Shown: positions 1 to 9,996, counted from the stretch's first letter. The stretch: 64,000 nucleotides of DNA from Microgenomates group bacterium Gr01-1014_7 (GCA_007376405.1 VMGD01000004.1:8960-72959), one strand, 5' to 3'. Numbers and translations: made by a program. Notes: a model not told the origin generated them from the letters alone.

Positions 1-2
1 AG

Positions 3-344
3 GAGGTAATTAGATCATACCTAGGGCAAAAGCCAATTACTCCGCTCAGTCTAAACCACAAGCAGGTACTAAGCGGCCTGTGTGAGTATTTCAACATTAA
101 AATGTCCGATTTGACCGGCCCGAAAAGGGTTAAAGAACTGGTACTGCCAAGGCATTTGGCAATGCACATTTTATCCGAAGAGCTAAATTTAACTGTTGAA
201 AGAATCGGTGAAATTCTGGGAGGAAGAGATCACACCACAGTCATGCATGGAAGAGACAAAATAAAACATTTAATTACCACTGACAGAGAGATGCAGAGAA
301 TAATGATTGAGGTCAAGCAAACTTTATCCACACCCCAAACTTAA
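3..344 (+). CDS. dnaA: Chromosomal replication initiator DnaA, C-terminal DNA-binding domain (5' end outside window)
   Basis: PRHLAMHI...IGEILGGRDHTTVMHG is the DnaA domain IV signature; followed by DnaA boxes and dnaN. Confidence 0.95.
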   Translation, partial: EVIRSYLGQKPITPLSLNHKQVLSGLCEYFNIKMSDLTGPKRVKELVLPRHLAMHILSEELNLTVERIGEILGGRDHTTVMHGRDKIKHLITTDREMQRIMIEVKQTLSTPQT

Positions 345-500
345 TTATCCACAGACTTATCCACAAAATTTAATCAGTTAACCACACGAAATTCTCCCAA
401 AAATAGCTCTAAATTCTATTCTTTCCACAAATCCACACAGCATACTATCATTACTATTATATTAAATAATAAGGTATAATCGAATCCTAAAGTGGATAAC
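324..500. other. Replication origin oriC
   Basis: Perfect TTATCCACA at 324-332, 345-353 and 357-365; near matches at 378-386, 421-437 and (reverse) 491-499; AT-rich trio-like tract TACTATCATTACTATTAT at 443-460; lies between dnaA and dnaN. Confidence 0.9.
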
Positions 501-947
501 TTAAACTGGTACTTAATTGGTTTTATAATCTTTGGTTTATTGATAACTTATTTATTCGGCAGGCTTCAAGGAAGAAAGCCACAGGATATTCCAACAGATT
601 TAATTGATCTTTATCGCGGAGTGCAAGATATACCGGCCAGGGTTTTACAAGTTATTCAGGGTTCAATAAATCCGCAAAAAGGTCGGATGGCTGAGTTGTT
701 AACTTACGCGGAATTGCGTTATGATTACGACCGGATTATTCCTTTGGGTCAGCCAATTGATTTTATCGGTATTAAAAACGGAGACCGGATAGATTTTATA
801 GAAGTTAAATCCGGAATAACTCATCTCTTGACAGATGAGGAAAAACACATTAAAAACCTAATTACTGCCGGAAGAGTGAATTTCAGGTTAATTAAAATAA
901 CGGAAGATGAAATCCAAAAGTTTGTTTCTGCCAGAAAGGAGACTTAA
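492..947 (+). CDS. Membrane-anchored Holliday-junction-resolvase-like PD-(D/E)xK endonuclease (Endonuc_Holl-like)
   Basis: N-terminal TM helix; PLGQPIDFIG...IDFIEVKSG motif. Confidence 0.7.
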   Translation: MDNLNWYLIGFIIFGLLITYLFGRLQGRKPQDIPTDLIDLYRGVQDIPARVLQVIQGSINPQKGRMAELLTYAELRYDYDRIIPLGQPIDFIGIKNGDRIDFIEVKSGITHLLTDEEKHIKNLITAGRVNFRLIKITEDEIQKFVSARKET

Positions 948-948
948 G

Positions 949-2049
949 ATGAAATTTTCTATTTTACAGCAAGACTTGCTTCCTTCTTTGCAAGCAGCAG
1001 CCAGGTCAACCGGTACCAGGTCCACCCTGCCTGTTTTAGATAATGTCTTGCTCTCCGTCGAGGGGAAAAAACTAAAAATAGCTGCCACCAATTTGGAAAT
1101 AGGAGTAATTAAGTTTGTTCCTGTCCAGAATGGGGTTGACGGGGAAATGACTGTTCCTGCCAAAACTTTGGTTGAACTAATTGCCGGGCTGAGCCAGCTA
1201 GAGGTAACTTTTGAGTCCGAAGGTGAAGGGTTGGCTATAACCGGAGGCAGCTTTAAGGCCTCAGTAAATGGCATTCCTGCCGCTGAGTTCCCTGTGATCC
1301 CCCTGTCTTCCGGAAAAGGTATTAGTTTTCCCAAAGACGCGTTTTTAACTTCCTCACAGATTCTTTTTGCCGCGGCAGTGGATGAAGGAAGACCAGTGCT
1401 TACCGGTATTCTGACAGAAGTTAAGGACTCAAAGCTGGACTTTGTGGCAACAGACGGATTCAGACTTGCTCATAGACAAGTCCCCCTGCCTAAAGCCTCA
1501 GCCCCTCTTAAAACCTTAATCCCCAAAAGAACATATGAGGAGGTCTTAAGGATTATTTCGGAGCAGGAGGTGCCGGAGGTAACCATAGCCACCTCGGAAA
1601 ATCAAAATCAGGCCGTATTCACTCTTGGGGGCACCATTGTTTCCTCAAGATTGATTGAAGGTCAATTCCCTGCCTGGGAGAAAATTGTACCGACAGAGAT
1701 TGTCGGCCGGGCTCTGGTTGAAAAAGAAGCTTTGTTAAAAGCCATCAAGCTGGCAGCGGTTTTTGCCAGAGGTGAAGCTAATATTTTGGTTTTAACCACC
1801 AGAAAAGGGATTTTGAATATAAAGTCCTCAGCCAAAGAAGTAGGCAGTCAGGAAAACGAGATTGAAGGTAATATCGAAGGAGAGCAGCTTCAAATTGCTT
1901 TTAACACCAAATTTTTACAGGACGCTGTAACTAATATTCCAACATCCCAACTTAGTTTTGAGTTTTCAGGGGCATTATCAGCAGCCTTAATTAAACCAAT
2001 TGGGGAAGAGGGGTTGGAATATATTGTCATGCCGGTCAGGTTGAGTTAA
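949..2049 (+). CDS. dnaN: DNA polymerase III beta sliding clamp
   Basis: ATNLEIG, VATDGFRLA, SRLIEGQFP and YIVMPVR motifs; start MKFSILQ at 949 preferred over 907. Confidence 0.97.
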   Translation: MKFSILQQDLLPSLQAAARSTGTRSTLPVLDNVLLSVEGKKLKIAATNLEIGVIKFVPVQNGVDGEMTVPAKTLVELIAGLSQLEVTFESEGEGLAITGGSFKASVNGIPAAEFPVIPLSSGKGISFPKDAFLTSSQILFAAAVDEGRPVLTGILTEVKDSKLDFVATDGFRLAHRQVPLPKASAPLKTLIPKRTYEEVLRIISEQEVPEVTIATSENQNQAVFTLGGTIVSSRLIEGQFPAWEKIVPTEIVGRALVEKEALLKAIKLAAVFARGEANILVLTTRKGILNIKSSAKEVGSQENEIEGNIEGEQLQIAFNTKFLQDAVTNIPTSQLSFEFSGALSAALIKPIGEEGLEYIVMPVRLS

Positions 2050-2492
2050 ACCCCCCGGTACTGAACCGTCTTAATGTGAAATATCTTCTCTTCTCCCCAT
2101 CTGCCTAATCCGTCAAACTTAGTCTCAGTTCCGATAAAAAGAGTATAAGTTTGGCCCAGTTCATAAGGCTTTAAGGGGATTATTTTGGCAGTTTTGCGGT
2201 CGGATGAGAGCTCAATATTAAAGTCTATTTTTGGCTCAATTCGCAGTTTAAACTCACCCTTATTTTCTAAGGGCCTGTTAAAAGTAATTTCTATGGTTTG
2301 GGTTGCAGAAACTATAGCTTCTTCCAGCGGGTCAGGTTTGGTTGAAACTATCCGGGGTTTATCATCTTGGGTTTGCGGAGGGGGTGTATTTTCAGGCTGC
2401 GGAGCAGCCCCGGGCTTTTGTAATATAACAGTTATAACCATTATAAAAATTATAATAAGTATGGTTAAAATTATGGTTGTTTTTTGCTTCAT
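2046..2492 (-). CDS. Membrane-anchored Ig-like (Big_5-type) domain protein
   Basis: N-terminal TM, PRIVSTKP...IEITFNRPL...YTLFI pattern. Confidence 0.65.
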   Translation of the reverse strand: MKQKTTIILTILIIIFIMVITVILQKPGAAPQPENTPPPQTQDDKPRIVSTKPDPLEEAIVSATQTIEITFNRPLENKGEFKLRIEPKIDFNIELSSDRKTAKIIPLKPYELGQTYTLFIGTETKFDGLGRWGEEKIFHIKTVQYRGV

Positions 2493-2944
2493 TGTTTTGC
2501 CAGCTCAAGGTATTCTATTTTTTGCGTGTTACTATCTATACCAGCGGATTTCATGGCATTTAAACTTTCCTCTTTTGCCTGGGTTAGTTGTTGTTCTTTT
2601 GGGATACTACTGCTTGTTAAATAATAAAGCTCGACTATTAAAGTATCAGTTTCAGGATTATAACTTATAAAATAGTTACCTGCTTTAATTGGAAGTTTAA
2701 GAACCCAAGGTTTGGATTTTATAAATTCCTCACGCGTTTGTCCATATTCTTCCTGATTTAATTTCTCACCTTCAAGTCCTTGAGGAATTATAATGGACGG
2801 TTTTGGAGAGGGGGTGAAAACCTGGATAGGACCAGGCTTTGGTTCTAAAGAAGGTTTACGCACTCCAAAGTAAATAATAGATACTCCTACAATTAAAACT
2901 AGTAAGATAGTGATAGTTGTAATTATTATCTCTGCCTTTTTCAT
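2489..2944 (-). CDS. Membrane-anchored hypothetical protein (T4SS-like locus)
   Basis: N-terminal TM plus Pro-rich linker; overlaps the downstream gene by 4 bp and sits 2 bp from the upstream gene. Confidence 0.7.
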   Translation of the reverse strand: MKKAEIIITTITILLVLIVGVSIIYFGVRKPSLEPKPGPIQVFTPSPKPSIIIPQGLEGEKLNQEEYGQTREEFIKSKPWVLKLPIKAGNYFISYNPETDTLIVELYYLTSSSIPKEQQLTQAKEESLNAMKSAGIDSNTQKIEYLELAKQ

Positions 2945-2946
2945 AG

Positions 2947-4509
2947 CTATCGTGTTGCCTGGCCGAAACCAGTAATGTTATACCTCCTTGCGGTAGTTTG
3001 TGCATTGATCGCTCGATGATTTTGTACAGATACTACATCCTCTGTTACGACATTATTTGCGTCGTATGTCCTAATTACTCCATTTCCTTCTTGGCTTACT
3101 TCTACTGATCTAATTAGGCTGGCATGCTGATTCCCGATACCTTCAAAAAATATTACATCTCCGGGTCTTAGTTGCTCAACAGCACTGCTTGCCTGCAACA
3201 GTTGATAGCCAGCGGTGTTTGCAAAAAATGATTTCATGGTTAGGACAGCGGCATGCGAACCTCTGCTTAAACCAAAATATCCCGCTCTGTTGTAGGCATC
3301 CACAATTAAAAAGGTACACCAATAGTATACACCTGGTTCATCTCGTTTGTTATGGTATAGACGATCTTCCAAAGAAGGACTATTGGGGTTTAATGGGTAA
3401 AGTAAGGGAGTAATTTGTGATGCTATGCTAACAATAGCAGTCAGACTGCTCGAAACAGTAACACTGGGATCTCTAAATGGAATAGTATAGTCCAAAGTAC
3501 CGGCAGCACCCCCTCCGCCGGGGCTGAGTCCCCCTATAAACCCTGTTAAAAAAATCAGGCCAAATGCCCCCAGAAACAAAAATAATACTTTTTTATTCCC
3601 TCCCGGCAGCTTTAATCCTCCTCTGCCCACAATATTGGAAAGCCTTGCTCCCGCGTTAATTGTGCCGTTTAACGCTTTCATCCCCCAGCTGTTCCAGGTT
3701 GCCCCTCCTACTCCTCCGAATAATGCGCCCAAAGGGCTGCCTGTCAGTACTCCTCCGGCAAAACCTCCCAGCGCGGTTCTTGTAATAGGAAGCACATTAG
3801 TTTTTAGGAAAATTCCTGCTTTGGAAGCGATACTGCTCCCCAGTGATCTTATACCCATAGGAATTTTTGGTGCTTGAAATCTTCTGCCTGCGGTTTTTGC
3901 TGCAGAGGGTTCTTCGGCTGCTTTAGGGTTTAAGTTATAGGTAAGGTTACCTGACAGACCGGAGCTGGAACCAGTGGTAGAGCTGACAGCGGGATTTGTC
4001 ATTGTTACTTTAGCAGCAGCGCCGCTGGATGTAGTTTGGCCGGGAGTAGGCTCTGGAGCACGGGGAACATTGCGGATGATCCTGCGGGGGGTAGCAGCAG
4101 CCCCGCCGGCCATTCCCGGAAAAGGCATCCCCCCGGCCATAGAGCTTGCAGGTTCTCCAACAGGAACTTGTTCAGTAGTCCCCCCCTCTTGTCCGCCCGG
4201 CTGCTCGCTAACAGTTCCAACTGCCACCGGTTTTTCTTCTAAAGCTTCTGTCAGCTCAACCCGACCCTCTTTAAACTCGCCTGAAAGAAATTTCCGGTTA
4301 CCCTCATTTCTTAAATACTCTCTTAAATAATTAAAAAAGACATTATCATCTTTGAATTTATCTCCCTGAAATTGCGGGAGCTCACGCAGCAACTGAAGAC
4401 AGTGAGTCTTACGCTCGGGTGTTAAGCCTTGAATTTGTTCTAAGCGTTGGCCGCTTACTTTGATTGCTGAAAAAAAGGTTTTTAAGTCCTGTATTTCCTG
4501 AATAGTCAT
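2947..4509 (-). CDS. Membrane protein with C-terminal CHAP/NlpC-P60-like cell-wall hydrolase domain (VirB1-like role)
   Basis: YYWCTFLI (Cys), PGDVIFF, HASLI (His) and YDAN motifs after a Gly-rich TM region; directly downstream of VirB4. Confidence 0.7.
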   Translation of the reverse strand: MTIQEIQDLKTFFSAIKVSGQRLEQIQGLTPERKTHCLQLLRELPQFQGDKFKDDNVFFNYLREYLRNEGNRKFLSGEFKEGRVELTEALEEKPVAVGTVSEQPGGQEGGTTEQVPVGEPASSMAGGMPFPGMAGGAAATPRRIIRNVPRAPEPTPGQTTSSGAAAKVTMTNPAVSSTTGSSSGLSGNLTYNLNPKAAEEPSAAKTAGRRFQAPKIPMGIRSLGSSIASKAGIFLKTNVLPITRTALGGFAGGVLTGSPLGALFGGVGGATWNSWGMKALNGTINAGARLSNIVGRGGLKLPGGNKKVLFLFLGAFGLIFLTGFIGGLSPGGGGAAGTLDYTIPFRDPSVTVSSSLTAIVSIASQITPLLYPLNPNSPSLEDRLYHNKRDEPGVYYWCTFLIVDAYNRAGYFGLSRGSHAAVLTMKSFFANTAGYQLLQASSAVEQLRPGDVIFFEGIGNQHASLIRSVEVSQEGNGVIRTYDANNVVTEDVVSVQNHRAINAQTTARRYNITGFGQATR

Positions 4510-4524
4510 AAATTTAGTTTACCA

Positions 4525-6291
4525 TCAAACACTTTGACGGGCCAGGATTTCTTCTGGACTGGAAGTAATCAGCTGATGTTCAAAAGGTGCTGCTACCACC
4601 CTCATGGCCACGTGAGTATTACCGGCAAAAAAGAGACCCTGTCCAACCCCTGCGGAAAGAAGCAGTCTCTGTTCTCCTTCGGATAAATCAAACTCCTGGG
4701 CTAAAAGGTCAATAGAGACAGGAGCCTGTTTTAAAAGAACCTGAATGGAGGAATTGGAAATAATCTCTTTACCCCGCTCGGTTGCCAGAAAATCTTCTAC
4801 ATCCTGGGTGATGGTGGTTAAACCCAGATAATACTTGCGCGCTCTTTTGGCCAAATCTACCAGGAATTCGGCAGAATCCGGGTTTCTCATTAAATACCAG
4901 GCTTCATCCACGATCATAATTCTTTTTTTCAATTTAGTGCGGATTTTAGTCCAGACGAAGTCCAGAATCATATGAATTGCTAAGGGTCTAAGTTGATCCG
5001 GCAAGTCACGAACCGAAAAAACAGTAAAGGAGTTACTGATATTAATAGTTGATTGAGAAGAAAAGATGCCAATCAGCGATCCTTTGATAAATCTCTCAAG
5101 CCTGGCTGCAAGTTCCATAGCTGCCGGTTCTTCCATCCCGACTAAAACTTTATATAAATCCTCCATTAAAGGTGGGCCTGAGACAGGGTTTATCTGGGTT
5201 TTCGGGTCATCGGTAATGCCTTTTTGCTGGTAGGTTAGTTTTAGCGCCCGATCCAGAATTGCTCCCTCAGTGGCAGTTAAATTTCCCAATATAAGTTTTA
5301 AGAAAGCTGTTAAAGAGAGAATCTTGCGGCCCAGCTCATTTTCCCCCGGCACTACTTCGGCAGACATATCAAAAGGGTTAATTTTAGCAGGAGAGGAGGG
5401 AGAGAAATTAATAAACTCTCCGCCAACAGCTTCAGCCAAAGGCAAATACTCCTGCTCCGGGTCAATCACCAAAACATCGGTCCCAAACATCAGTGATCGT
5501 AGTGCCTCTAGTTTTACAAGATAGCTTTTTCCGGCTCCGCTTTTAGCAAATACAACCGAGTTAAAGTTCTCTAAAGTAAACCTGTCAAATAAAATTAAAG
5601 AATCATTATGTTCATTAATGCCATACATTATTCCCTCGTTGGCTGTTAACTCCGATGAAGCAAAAGGAAAGGTTGTAGCAAGCGAAGTTGTATCCATGTT
5701 ATGAGTTAAATTTAAAAGGTCCGCACCCAAAGGCAGACTGGATTTAAACCCGTCTTCCATTTGCAAGCTGACAGCTCTTGCGGTCATAGACAGCGAAGCC
5801 AGGGTTGATTCAACCAGTTTGCAGGTGTTATGCAATTCTTCTTTGGATGCGCTCGGCACAGTAACATAAAGAGAAAACTGGAAAAATCTCTCCACTCCTC
5901 TAACCAGCTGGTCCTGCAAACCCTGGGCATCTTCCAAAGCCACTTCAACTGCAGGATCAATAGCCCTGCCCCGTTCAAGATCGGTTTGTATGGTTGCCTG
6001 CATCTCGGCAATTTTTCTTTTTAATTCGTCCAGAACTCCGCCTGATTCGGAGGGGTAAATAAACATGGAAATTAAAAGAGAATGATCAAAAGAGACCAGT
6101 GGTTCAAGCCAGTTTGATTCAACAAAGCGGGGATAATTTGACACAAAATAGGTTCTAAAAAGCCGGCCGTCAATCCTCAGATTATCAAAGTCAACCTCAA
6201 TTTCGGAAGGAGCCAGGGTATCCTCCAGAGTTAACTGAGGTCTAGTATTATCTTGAACTTTTGGTTTTTTAAATAAGTTAGGTAATTTCAT
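4525..6291 (-). CDS. virB4: VirB4/TraC-like type IV secretion ATPase
   Basis: Walker A FAKSGAGKS, VIDPEQEY, Walker B IVDEAW, RARKY...TQD. Confidence 0.9.
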   Translation of the reverse strand: MKLPNLFKKPKVQDNTRPQLTLEDTLAPSEIEVDFDNLRIDGRLFRTYFVSNYPRFVESNWLEPLVSFDHSLLISMFIYPSESGGVLDELKRKIAEMQATIQTDLERGRAIDPAVEVALEDAQGLQDQLVRGVERFFQFSLYVTVPSASKEELHNTCKLVESTLASLSMTARAVSLQMEDGFKSSLPLGADLLNLTHNMDTTSLATTFPFASSELTANEGIMYGINEHNDSLILFDRFTLENFNSVVFAKSGAGKSYLVKLEALRSLMFGTDVLVIDPEQEYLPLAEAVGGEFINFSPSSPAKINPFDMSAEVVPGENELGRKILSLTAFLKLILGNLTATEGAILDRALKLTYQQKGITDDPKTQINPVSGPPLMEDLYKVLVGMEEPAAMELAARLERFIKGSLIGIFSSQSTINISNSFTVFSVRDLPDQLRPLAIHMILDFVWTKIRTKLKKRIMIVDEAWYLMRNPDSAEFLVDLAKRARKYYLGLTTITQDVEDFLATERGKEIISNSSIQVLLKQAPVSIDLLAQEFDLSEGEQRLLLSAGVGQGLFFAGNTHVAMRVVAAPFEHQLITSSPEEILARQSV

Positions 6292-6383
6292 AGAGCTTTA
6301 TTAATTTTCAATTTTCAATGTTTTAAACATTAAGTCATTAAAAATTCATTGTAAATTGGTCATTGGTTATTGAAAATTTCATA

Positions 6384-7112
6384 TTATTCCTCCAACTCCT
6401 CCACTACAAAGGGATGAGTTCGGGAGGGTTGACTAACTAAAGGTGATGTTTCTTGAGCTTGTGGTGAGGGAACCGTGTTTGGTTTAGATTGGGGGATCGG
6501 CTGCGGTTTTTTTAAACTGACCTCTATTTTTTCCGTTTCTCCCGCAGCAGGTATTGTTTCTACAAAGTAGCCGTTATAGATATTATAAAAAAGTTCAATC
6601 AGTTTCTGGTTATCTAACTGGGTAGCTCGAAGTCCAACTCTGTTTAGCTGTCTTATTATCTGATCCCGTCTTGGCAAAAGCACGGTTTTGATTTTTTGCT
6701 CCAGGCTTTCTTTTGAAGCAGTGAGGCCGAGTTCCAAAGAATAAAGCGGTATTACCAGATAAAATTTTTTGTCCAAAACATCATTTTCTTTGATGGTTAC
6801 CCGAATAAATTGTCGGTAGTTGCCAATCATTCTGGACAGTAGCGGATTAGTTTGCGCTTTTTGGGCTTTATCTAAAAGAGTTAAGTAAGAACTGATATTT
6901 AATCTTTCCGAATAAACAAAAATCTGAATGCTGAAACTTAACGAATTAAGCATTTGGGCAAAGGTAAAAATTATACCCATTTGTTCCCGCTCGGATAGAA
7001 GCCCAAAATTAACAGCGGAAACTTGTAAAATCAAAACACCGCCACCGTTTTTAAGAAGGACAAGATCATCTTTTACATCCGATATTAATAAATGCTGTTG
7101 TGTAGTATTCAT
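6384..7112 (-). CDS. T4SS-locus protein resembling the N-terminal region of VirB4/TraC
   Basis: LQVSAVNFGLLSEREQ...LNSLSFSIQI pattern; lies between PrgI and VirB4. Confidence 0.6.
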   Translation of the reverse strand: MNTTQQHLLISDVKDDLVLLKNGGGVLILQVSAVNFGLLSEREQMGIIFTFAQMLNSLSFSIQIFVYSERLNISSYLTLLDKAQKAQTNPLLSRMIGNYRQFIRVTIKENDVLDKKFYLVIPLYSLELGLTASKESLEQKIKTVLLPRRDQIIRQLNRVGLRATQLDNQKLIELFYNIYNGYFVETIPAAGETEKIEVSLKKPQPIPQSKPNTVPSPQAQETSPLVSQPSRTHPFVVEELEE

Positions 7113-7189
7113 ATAGTTAGGGTATAGGGTTTAGGGGTCAGGGTTTAGTTTTAATTTTAACTATACCCTATACCCTAGTCGCTATACCC

Positions 7190-8203
7190 TTATTTTGCCG
7201 TTATCAAGAGTGGAGGTAAAACCTCCCCGGACAGTTCTATCTGCAAAACATCAAAGGTAAAATTCTCTTTTTCCAGTTCCAGAGTATATGTGCCGTTAGG
7301 CAAAGGGGTTGAGCCTGTAAATTGACCCAGTTTATTAGTCTTCAGGGCTCTAACAGGCAGTCCTTCTTTATCATGAATAACAGCAATTACTCCTTCCAGA
7401 TAAGATCCGGATTTAGCTTTGACAATACCGTTTATAACATTAGGGAAAGTAGTCAGGGCTACTTGGGTTTGTTTAACTTTTACGGGAATAACTACTTTTA
7501 TTTTTTCTTTTTCCGGCTCCTTTGCCTGTGGCTTTTGGGGTTCTGTTACTTGTTCCATTTGTTCTCTGACTGCTGAAGCTTGATTAACCAGGGTTTGCAG
7601 GTTGCTCATGACCTGGTTGATCTGCTGGCTGTAGTCAACAGGTATGGGAGTTGGTTGAGTAGCCTCTGTTTTAATTTGATTTAGCGCTCGCTCGGTTTGA
7701 ACAATTCTAAACTGCAGGTTTTGGGCCTGGCGCGCCAGATCAACAGTTTTAGCCAGTTCATCAGCAGTAGGAAATGGAGCAACCGGTAGGGGTTGGGGCG
7801 GAGGGGTTGCGGGGGGTGGCTTATTTTCTGCTGGGGCCTGATGGGGGTTTAGACCGGAAAGATACAGCACCAGCCGGCTGTTAAACAGCGAATCTTCTTT
7901 AAAACTCTTATCATTTTTTTTCCAGGCCCTCCTAGTGGGAGAATAGATAGCCTTAAAAAAGGCTGCCACCCAATGATCAAGTGGTCTTGAACTGATGGGT
8001 AAAAAGGCAAAGGCTACCCCTAATAGAGCTGAAATTACAATCAGCGGCCAGGTCAGGAAAGGATATTTTGCTGCAAAAAAGACAAAAATGCCGTAGGCAA
8101 TACTTGAACCTGCTGCCAGATATAAAAACTGCTTTAAAGTCATGTCTCCCACCAGACGGAATTGGAAACTGGTCACATTTTGCGGAATAGGATGCGGGTT
8201 CAT
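7190..8203 (-). CDS. PrgI-family (VirB3-like) protein with coiled coil and C-terminal beta-sandwich domain
   Basis: HPIPQNVTSFQFRLVGDMTLKQF plus two TMs and RPLDHW; start MNPHP at 8203 preferred. Confidence 0.8.
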   Translation of the reverse strand: MNPHPIPQNVTSFQFRLVGDMTLKQFLYLAAGSSIAYGIFVFFAAKYPFLTWPLIVISALLGVAFAFLPISSRPLDHWVAAFFKAIYSPTRRAWKKNDKSFKEDSLFNSRLVLYLSGLNPHQAPAENKPPPATPPPQPLPVAPFPTADELAKTVDLARQAQNLQFRIVQTERALNQIKTEATQPTPIPVDYSQQINQVMSNLQTLVNQASAVREQMEQVTEPQKPQAKEPEKEKIKVVIPVKVKQTQVALTTFPNVINGIVKAKSGSYLEGVIAVIHDKEGLPVRALKTNKLGQFTGSTPLPNGTYTLELEKENFTFDVLQIELSGEVLPPLLITAK

Positions 8204-8297
8204 AGCACTATCTATATACAATGTGAAAAAAATATTGGCAAGCACCACAAAAGGGATCATTATGGGACAATTAATATCTACCCCAACATCTTGTGGG

Positions 8298-8325
8298 TTG
8301 ACTTTAATACTTTTCGTGTTATTCT
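8298..8325 (+). promoter_or_regulatory. sigma70-type promoter upstream of riboswitch
   Basis: TTGACT-N16-TATTCT with extended -10 TG. Confidence 0.6.
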
Positions 8326-8331
8326 AGGTAG

Positions 8332-8456
8332 TGTGGTGTGCCAGTCCGCCTTTGGCGGACCAAGGCGCAAAAAGGGAATGCTGTGTAAATCAGCAGCTGT
8401 GCCGCAACTGTTAGCCCTGAGCGTAGTCGAAGGGTAAAGCCAGGAGACCGACCACA
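8332..8456 (+). ncRNA. Cobalamin (B12) riboswitch
   Basis: AAAAGGGAA-TGCTG-TGTAAAT-CAGCA-GCTGTGCCGCAACTGT ... AAGCCAGGAGACC B12-box; closing helix TGTGGT/ACCACA. Confidence 0.8.
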
Positions 8457-8502
8457 ATTTATCCTGTACCGTCTGGTACGGGGATCCCGATTCAGGAGTA
8501 AT

Positions 8503-9720
8503 ATGCCGGTTTTAGAACTCGAAAGATATTTACCAACTTCAATACAATCTGCCGAAATTGCTACTCCACAGCTTGTTGTAGTACCAGAAATAAATACTTC
8601 AGAGCTCGAAAATGACTTAGATGAAGTGGATAAACTCCAAAGAGAATTTAATAGAGCCTTAGGCATTGATACTGATGGAGAAGGTATAAAAAATTACAAT
8701 CCTGTTTTGGCAAGGTGGAGATACGAGAAACTTACAACTGATGAGCAAAGGCTGCAGTTTAGAGAACATGAAACAAAGCAGGTAGAGACTGCTTTAAGGG
8801 AAAGGCATGATAGCGCGGAAAGTAGTCTAATATATACAATTGATGAAAATCAAAGACTAAGAAATAGTAAGATTTTTCCTACAGAACCGTTTGCTCAAGG
8901 TATACAAAGAGGTGTTTTGTATCTCAGGCGACAAGGTTCCCCGGATTCTGAACGCGAAGAGAAAGAGGTGGAAGGGTTTCTAAAAGTGGAGCGGGCGATG
9001 GTTAATCCGGAAACTCCGATTAACACAAAAATGATGGTTATTTCTCCTCCAAGTAGACTCAACGGCTCAATTTATGTGAAAAATTTTGTAGATTTTTATG
9101 AACTGGCGGAGGTTAATGGAAAAAGAGTGGTTAAAATGACCAGGTTTGCCTCAAGTGCCAGCTATGGAGAGGCAACTGATGCTTATCTTCTCTCTCATCC
9201 AACCAGAATAGATCCTGACAACAGAAGTGTTCATGATGTGTTTAGGGATAGATTTGAAGGTAAAAAAGATGCTTTGGAAGAAAATAGAATGCAAGAGGTT
9301 TTAACAGGTAGCAAAGGACGCATCAGGTTCTTTATTGACGCTTTATGTCAAGGCATAGCTGATGCTGAAAGTATTGCCGTTGCCTTGAATGCTGTATTAA
9401 ATGGAGCAGATTTAATCAAAAAAGGATTTAACAGCTTTAAAGAAAAAATAGTGCTGCCTGTTTTTAGAAGCATCAGAGAAGAAATAGACTGGCTGGGGAG
9501 GCTGCCGGTTGAGGCAATTGCCGCAGCATGCGGTATATCCGGGGGGTTTGGCATAAGAGGGAAAGGTATTAAGTCAATTAGCAGTATTATTTCAACTGGC
9601 TTTTCATCTGTAAACATAGAAGGTGCTGATTATCAGCTTGGTAGCTGCGTTGTTTGTAAAAGGGGGAATGTATGGATTGGGGGATGTAGTATTTGCACAA
9701 GCTGTGAAGAAAATATGTGA
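8503..9720 (+). CDS. Hypothetical protein with C-terminal Cys cluster (CxxC...CxxCxxC)
   Basis: 405-aa ORF with AGGAG RBS; no family recognised. Confidence 0.8.
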   Translation: MPVLELERYLPTSIQSAEIATPQLVVVPEINTSELENDLDEVDKLQREFNRALGIDTDGEGIKNYNPVLARWRYEKLTTDEQRLQFREHETKQVETALRERHDSAESSLIYTIDENQRLRNSKIFPTEPFAQGIQRGVLYLRRQGSPDSEREEKEVEGFLKVERAMVNPETPINTKMMVISPPSRLNGSIYVKNFVDFYELAEVNGKRVVKMTRFASSASYGEATDAYLLSHPTRIDPDNRSVHDVFRDRFEGKKDALEENRMQEVLTGSKGRIRFFIDALCQGIADAESIAVALNAVLNGADLIKKGFNSFKEKIVLPVFRSIREEIDWLGRLPVEAIAAACGISGGFGIRGKGIKSISSIISTGFSSVNIEGADYQLGSCVVCKRGNVWIGGCSICTSCEENM

Positions 9721-9851
9721 GGATTCCAGCCCTATTGACACCAATATTTTGGTATACGCTCATATCAAATTTTCTCCAGGCTTTCCCGGCAAAATAAGAT
9801 TAAAACTTGGGATATAGCCAGAGTAATTAAATAACTTTAGCCTTAAATTTA

Positions 9852-9928
9852 TCAGGATTTTATAACGCAACGCGTTACAAGAAGCGTCGCGATGTAATCG
9901 CAAGTGATTATAAGAATTATATCAAGCA
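9852..9928. repeat. 29-bp boundary repeat, copy 1 (interrupted by a 48-bp insert that includes a TTATAA duplication)
   Basis: TCAGGATTTTATAA[48 bp ending TTATAA]GAATTATATCAAGCA. Confidence 0.75.
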
Positions 9929-9958
9929 AGAATAGTGACTGGTTACGGAATTGATGTG

Positions 9959-9994
9959 TTGACAACGAGTAATACAATGGTATAATTGTATTAC
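9959..9994 (+). promoter_or_regulatory. TA promoter with overlapping palindromic operator
   Basis: TTGACA-N16-TATAAT; inverted repeat GTAATACAAT (9969-9978) / ATTGTATTAC (9985-9994). Confidence 0.8.
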
Positions 9995-9996
9995 TT

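Noticed and set aside
888..1334. Antisense ORF within dnaN, representative of many shadow ORFs in the track
   Set aside because: Fully overlaps a confidently identified gene on the other strand or frame
8332..8456. RNase P or SRP RNA
   Set aside because: Lacks their hallmark motifs; B12-box motifs fit better
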